Assembly (NCBI GenBank): GCA_965214935.1
Contig: CBDCCS010000018.1
Location: 429,122 to 493,121 of the forward strand
DNA: 64,000 bases
From: Candidatus Velthaea sp.
GTDB lineage: Bacteria > Vulcanimicrobiota > Vulcanimicrobiia > Vulcanimicrobiales > Vulcanimicrobiaceae
Reading direction: 5' to 3'
Shown here: piece after piece, positions 60,463 to 64,000 of the stretch
How positions within the stretch are numbered: position 1 is the stretch's first letter
How the letters are laid out: every line of letters begins with the position of its first letter
Notes under the pieces: generated by a model
The model's input: only the letters and a program-made list of their open reading frames with translations
Database searches by the model: none
Told to the model about the DNA's origin: nothing
Program-made: the position numbers and the translations under genes

Positions 60463-62079
60463 CTAGTAGCCGAGGGCAAGTGAGTCGGCTCGCGGATCGC
60501 CGCCGCCGGCAAGCGAGCCGTGCCGCCGATCGATGGCGATCGCTTGGGCGTGGCCCATTTCGTTGCAATATGGCCCCAACTCAAGCAGCACGTGGCCGCG
60601 AGCGTCGAGCCCGGAAACAATCGATCGATCCATGCGCGATTCGACGAAAACCGTATCGCGGGCCGTAGCTCCGGGCTCGCCGGCCGGCTGTTGCGCGTAG
60701 ATCCAGCGCGGCATATCCAGCGCTTGCTGGACGTTGCGTTCGCGATCGTAGATGTGGTGTAAGAGCTGGGCTTGAATTTGCGGCTGAGCGTCACCGCCCA
60801 TCGTGCCGAAGACGAGTTCGGGTTCGCCGTCGCGCAGCACCATCGGCGGCGACAACGTGTGCAGCGGGCGCTTGCCACCGGCATAGACGTTGGGATGATG
60901 CGGATCGAGCGAAAAATTTGCCCCGCGATTGTGCAGTAGCACGCCGGTGCCTTCGGCAACGATGCCGCTGCCGAAGTTCATGTAGATGCTTTCAATGAGC
61001 GAGACGGCGCCCCCATGCTCGTCGACCACACACAGAAAGATCGTGTCGCCCGCGTCCGGCCGTCCGGTCGTTACGCGGGCTCGCTCGACGTCGAGGGTGA
61101 CGCGAACTTCGGCGCAATGTCGTGCGCTAAGTTGCGTTGCGAAGTCGCAGTCGGAAAAATCCGGATCGGCGAACAGCGCATCCCGCTCGTCGCGGGCACG
61201 CTTGAGAGCTTCTATCGCCAGGTGATTCCAGAGTGGTTCCGGGGCGTCGCCGTCGTGCGCAAGCACGCCCATGGCGTAGAGAAGCGTGGCGCCCTGCGAA
61301 TTCGGCGGATGGGCTAAGAGTTCGCGTCCGTGCCAGGCGATGCGCAGCGGTTCCGTACGCTCGGTGCGATGCAGCGCCAGGTCGTCGAGCGACATCCGAT
61401 TACCCCGAGCGTTGAGGGTCCGCACGATGCGCCGGCCGATCGCCCCGGTGTAGAACGCATCGGCACCGCCGCTGCGGATCGCTGCGAGCGTCGCGGCAAG
61501 GTCGGGGTTTTGCCGGATCTGACCCGCTCGGGGCACGCCGGCTCCGAGATAAACCCGCTCGGCTTCACGATCGGCGTCCAGCAAGTCGAGGTTGTCGGCA
61601 AAATAGCGCGCGACGACGTCGGTCACGGCGAAACCGTCGCGCGCATAGCGTTCGGCGGGTTCGAGCAGTTCGTCGAGACCGCGCGTTCCATGCGCGCCGC
61701 CGACATCTTCCCACGAACGGACGGCGCCCGGGACCGTAACGGTCAGCGCCCCGCGTTGCGGTAGCCGCGGGCCGTGTGCCCCGCGCAGAAGGTCGAGGCC
61801 GGCTGCCCGCGGTGTTCGGCCGCTGCCGTTGTAGCCGGTAACGCGTTTATTTCGCGGGTCGTAGACCAGCCAGAACGCGTCGCCGCCGAGGCCGCAACTC
61901 GGAGCGTAAACGACCGCCAGAACCGCATTCGCCGCGATCGCCGCATCGACGGCGTTGCCGCCGCGCCGCAAAACGTCGAGACCGGCGAGCGTCGCCTGCG
62001 GGTGCGGCGTCGCGATCATACCGCGTGCCGATCGGGCGACCGCGCGGCTCGGATGCTCGAAAGAACCGTGAGCGATCAC
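60463..62079 (-). CDS. ggt: Gamma-glutamyltransferase
   Basis: GGNAVDAAIA, GLGGD.F, TVPG, GDT (catalytic Thr), NRG..F, KRPLHTL, GTMGG..QPQ, DPR.D. Confidence 0.93.
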   Translation of the reverse strand: MIAHGSFEHPSRAVARSARGMIATPHPQATLAGLDVLRRGGNAVDAAIAANAVLAVVYAPSCGLGGDAFWLVYDPRNKRVTGYNGSGRTPRAAGLDLLRGAHGPRLPQRGALTVTVPGAVRSWEDVGGAHGTRGLDELLEPAERYARDGFAVTDVVARYFADNLDLLDADREAERVYLGAGVPRAGQIRQNPDLAATLAAIRSGGADAFYTGAIGRRIVRTLNARGNRMSLDDLALHRTERTEPLRIAWHGRELLAHPPNSQGATLLYAMGVLAHDGDAPEPLWNHLAIEALKRARDERDALFADPDFSDCDFATQLSARHCAEVRVTLDVERARVTTGRPDAGDTIFLCVVDEHGGAVSLIESIYMNFGSGIVAEGTGVLLHNRGANFSLDPHHPNVYAGGKRPLHTLSPPMVLRDGEPELVFGTMGGDAQPQIQAQLLHHIYDRERNVQQALDMPRWIYAQQPAGEPGATARDTVFVESRMDRSIVSGLDARGHVLLELGPYCNEMGHAQAIAIDRRHGSLAGGGDPRADSLALGY

Positions 62080-62187
62080 GCGGGCCTCATGCCGCAACGT
62101 AGGGCGCTCGGCCGTGCCGGCCCTGCTTGCCGCACGGCGCCGGTGGCGAAGGTTCGAGCAACCCGTTTGACAGAGATCCGTCGATAT

Positions 62188-62742
62188 ATGGCCGAGTCGC
62201 TGCACCACATCTGCGGAATCGGGGAATTGAGCGCCGCGCCGTTACGAGCGGCACGCCGTATTGTTTCGATCCTCGACCCGGCAGCGAGCGAACCGCCGGA
62301 GCTTCGCGATTTGCCGGCCGAGCTTTTGATTTTACGCTTCGATGACGTTATCACCGGGGACGGACCGCTGCGGGCTCCGGAGCGGGTCGATATCGAACGG
62401 CTGCTGGCGTTCGATCGCGGACATCAGCCGGATGATTCGCTCGTCATCCACTGCACGGCCGGTATTTCGCGCTCGACAGCGGCTTTGGCGATTCTACTCG
62501 CGCAGCGCAAACCGAATACCGAACCGGAAATTTTCGCGCAATTGCGCGCCGTTCGGCCCAAAGCATGGCCGAATTCGCTGATGATCGCGCTCGCCGACGA
62601 CGTGCTCGGTGCCGGCGGGCGTTTAACCTCGGCACTGCGCGAACACTACAAAGTTCAGCTGCGCACGCATCCCGACATCGGCCGAATGATGATCGGTCTC
62701 GGCCGCGAGCGGGAAGTGCCGTTCGAGCGCTTACGCCCTTAG
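62188..62742 (+). CDS. Protein-tyrosine/dual-specificity phosphatase-like protein
   Basis: VSILDP, FDD, HCTAGISRS (CX5R), WPN. Confidence 0.85.
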   Translation: MAESLHHICGIGELSAAPLRAARRIVSILDPAASEPPELRDLPAELLILRFDDVITGDGPLRAPERVDIERLLAFDRGHQPDDSLVIHCTAGISRSTAALAILLAQRKPNTEPEIFAQLRAVRPKAWPNSLMIALADDVLGAGGRLTSALREHYKVQLRTHPDIGRMMIGLGREREVPFERLRP

Positions 62743-64000
62743 CACGTCTGACGTTCGGCGCGGCGCGATGCAATCTCGGTACGCAAGCCGTCGATCGCGC
62801 CGTTAAGTGCCGAAAGTGCGCCGGCGTCGATCGGCCGGGCGGCTTTTGCTTCACGCTCGATCGCCGAAGCAACGTCGACGATCCGGCCGGACCGGATGCT
62901 GCCGCTGGTGCCTTTGAGCCGGTGAGCGGCATCGACGAGCGTTTCGCGATCGCCTGTCGCGTTTGCAACGTCGATCCGCAAAAGATCGGTCTCGATCGAA
63001 GCCAGCGCGGCGTCGACGAGTTCATCGACCGTTGCACGATCGCCGTTGAAGATCTCCAGCAGTGTTGCGAGGCCAAGGACGGGTGTGTCGAGCCATTCGG
63101 CCGGTTCGTCGAACTGCGCGCTGCTCGGCTCGATCGCTGCCGCGGCCCAGTTCGCCACCGCGGCCCGCAGCAACGTGCGATCGATCGGCTTCGCAAGATG
63201 ATCGTCCATGCCCGCGGCCCGGCAGCGCTCGACTTCACCGCTAAGCGCATTCGCCGTCAAGGCAACGATCGGAATGTTGCGGCGTTCACCGGGCAATGCC
63301 CGGATCGCGCGGGTCGCATCAACGCCGTTCATCACCGGCATTTGCATGTCCATGAAAACGAGATCGAATGCGCGCGCTTCGACGGCGGCGACCGCTTCGG
63401 CACCGTTCGCGACGAGCACCACGTCGTGGCCGTCGCGCTTGAGCATGTTCTCGACGACGATCTGATTGATGCTGTTGTCGTCGACGACGAGAATGCAGCG
63501 CGCAAAGCGCGCATCTTGCGGCGCCGGCAGCGCGGCCGGCCGCGGCGCATCGGCCGGCGGCAACGTGGCCGTGAACCAAAACTCACTGCCGGCGCCGAGC
63601 GTGCTCGTTACTCCAATCTCGCCACCCATCGCTTGAGCTAAGCGCTTGCAGATCGCTAAACCCAGCCCCGTACCGCCATACAGCCGGGTCGTCGAGCGGT
63701 TCAATTGGGAGAAATCCTCGAACAATAAATGCTGTTGTTCGGGTGCGATGCCGATGCCGCTATCGGCGACGCAAAAGCGCAGCTTAGCGGCATCGGGGTC
63801 GCGTTTGACGCTAATGACAACGCGCCCGCGTTCGGTGAATTTCACCGCGTTGGTGGTGAGATTGAGGATGATTTGACGCAACCGTGTCGGATCGCCGCTC
63901 ACCCAGGGCGGAACGTCGGCCGCGACGGCAACGTCGAGATCGAGTCCCTTGGGCTCAGCCTCGAGCCGCACGAGTGAGATGACGCCGTTGACGATGTCCG
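62739..64000 (-). CDS. Hybrid sensor histidine kinase (HATPase-REC-Hpt), N-terminus outside the window
   Basis: NLTTNAVKFT, DSGIG, GTGLGL; REC VDDN/FMDMQMP/KP; Hpt AHRLKG. Confidence 0.93.
   Translation of the reverse strand, partial: DIVNGVISLVRLEAEPKGLDLDVAVAADVPPWVSGDPTRLRQIILNLTTNAVKFTERGRVVISVKRDPDAAKLRFCVADSGIGIAPEQQHLLFEDFSQLNRSTTRLYGGTGLGLAICKRLAQAMGGEIGVTSTLGAGSEFWFTATLPPADAPRPAALPAPQDARFARCILVVDDNSINQIVVENMLKRDGHDVVLVANGAEAVAAVEARAFDLVFMDMQMPVMNGVDATRAIRALPGERRNIPIVALTANALSGEVERCRAAGMDDHLAKPIDRTLLRAAVANWAAAAIEPSSAQFDEPAEWLDTPVLGLATLLEIFNGDRATVDELVDAALASIETDLLRIDVANATGDRETLVDAAHRLKGTSGSIRSGRIVDVASAIEREAKAARPIDAGALSALNGAIDGLRTEIASRRAERQTC

Overview
GC-rich bacterial chromosomal window (about 55 genes, mostly core and metabolic). 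No integrase, transposase, prophage or CRISPR array was recognised. From left to right: a glycogen/alpha-glucan cluster (glgB tail, GT4, malQ, glgX, a flavin disulfide reductase, a GH63-like glucosidase, an amylo-1,6-glucosidase) containing a doubly truncated GGDEF-EAL relic; a TPP riboswitch with thiC; a GT4 gene followed by a photoactive yellow protein (PYP) homologue overlapping a PAS-GGDEF cyclase; a lytic transglycosylase, TamB, a PuuD-like gene and dalD; an MCP with a probable late frameshift, an atypical NarL regulator and tRNA-Ala(CGC); a ZnuABC-type transporter; S53 and M48 proteases; an actinobacterial-type ctaCDFE-qcrABC (bcc-aa3) operon plus ctaG; purEK; a Crp/redoxin/cytochrome b/Mo-oxidoreductase module with two matching GTAA-N6-TTAC promoter sites; a GT-C, ggt, a PTP-like phosphatase and a truncated hybrid histidine kinase. 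TamB (diderm), chemotaxis/sigma-28 signals and bcc-aa3 together suggest a non-actinobacterial diderm, possibly Vulcanimicrobiota/Eremiobacterota (inference only). The best novelty candidates are the PYP-diguanylate cyclase pair, the Crp-type redox regulon, sigma-28-type promoters (some apparently leaderless) and an SDR fused to an unknown C-terminal domain. All calls are by eye from motifs; no database searches were run.
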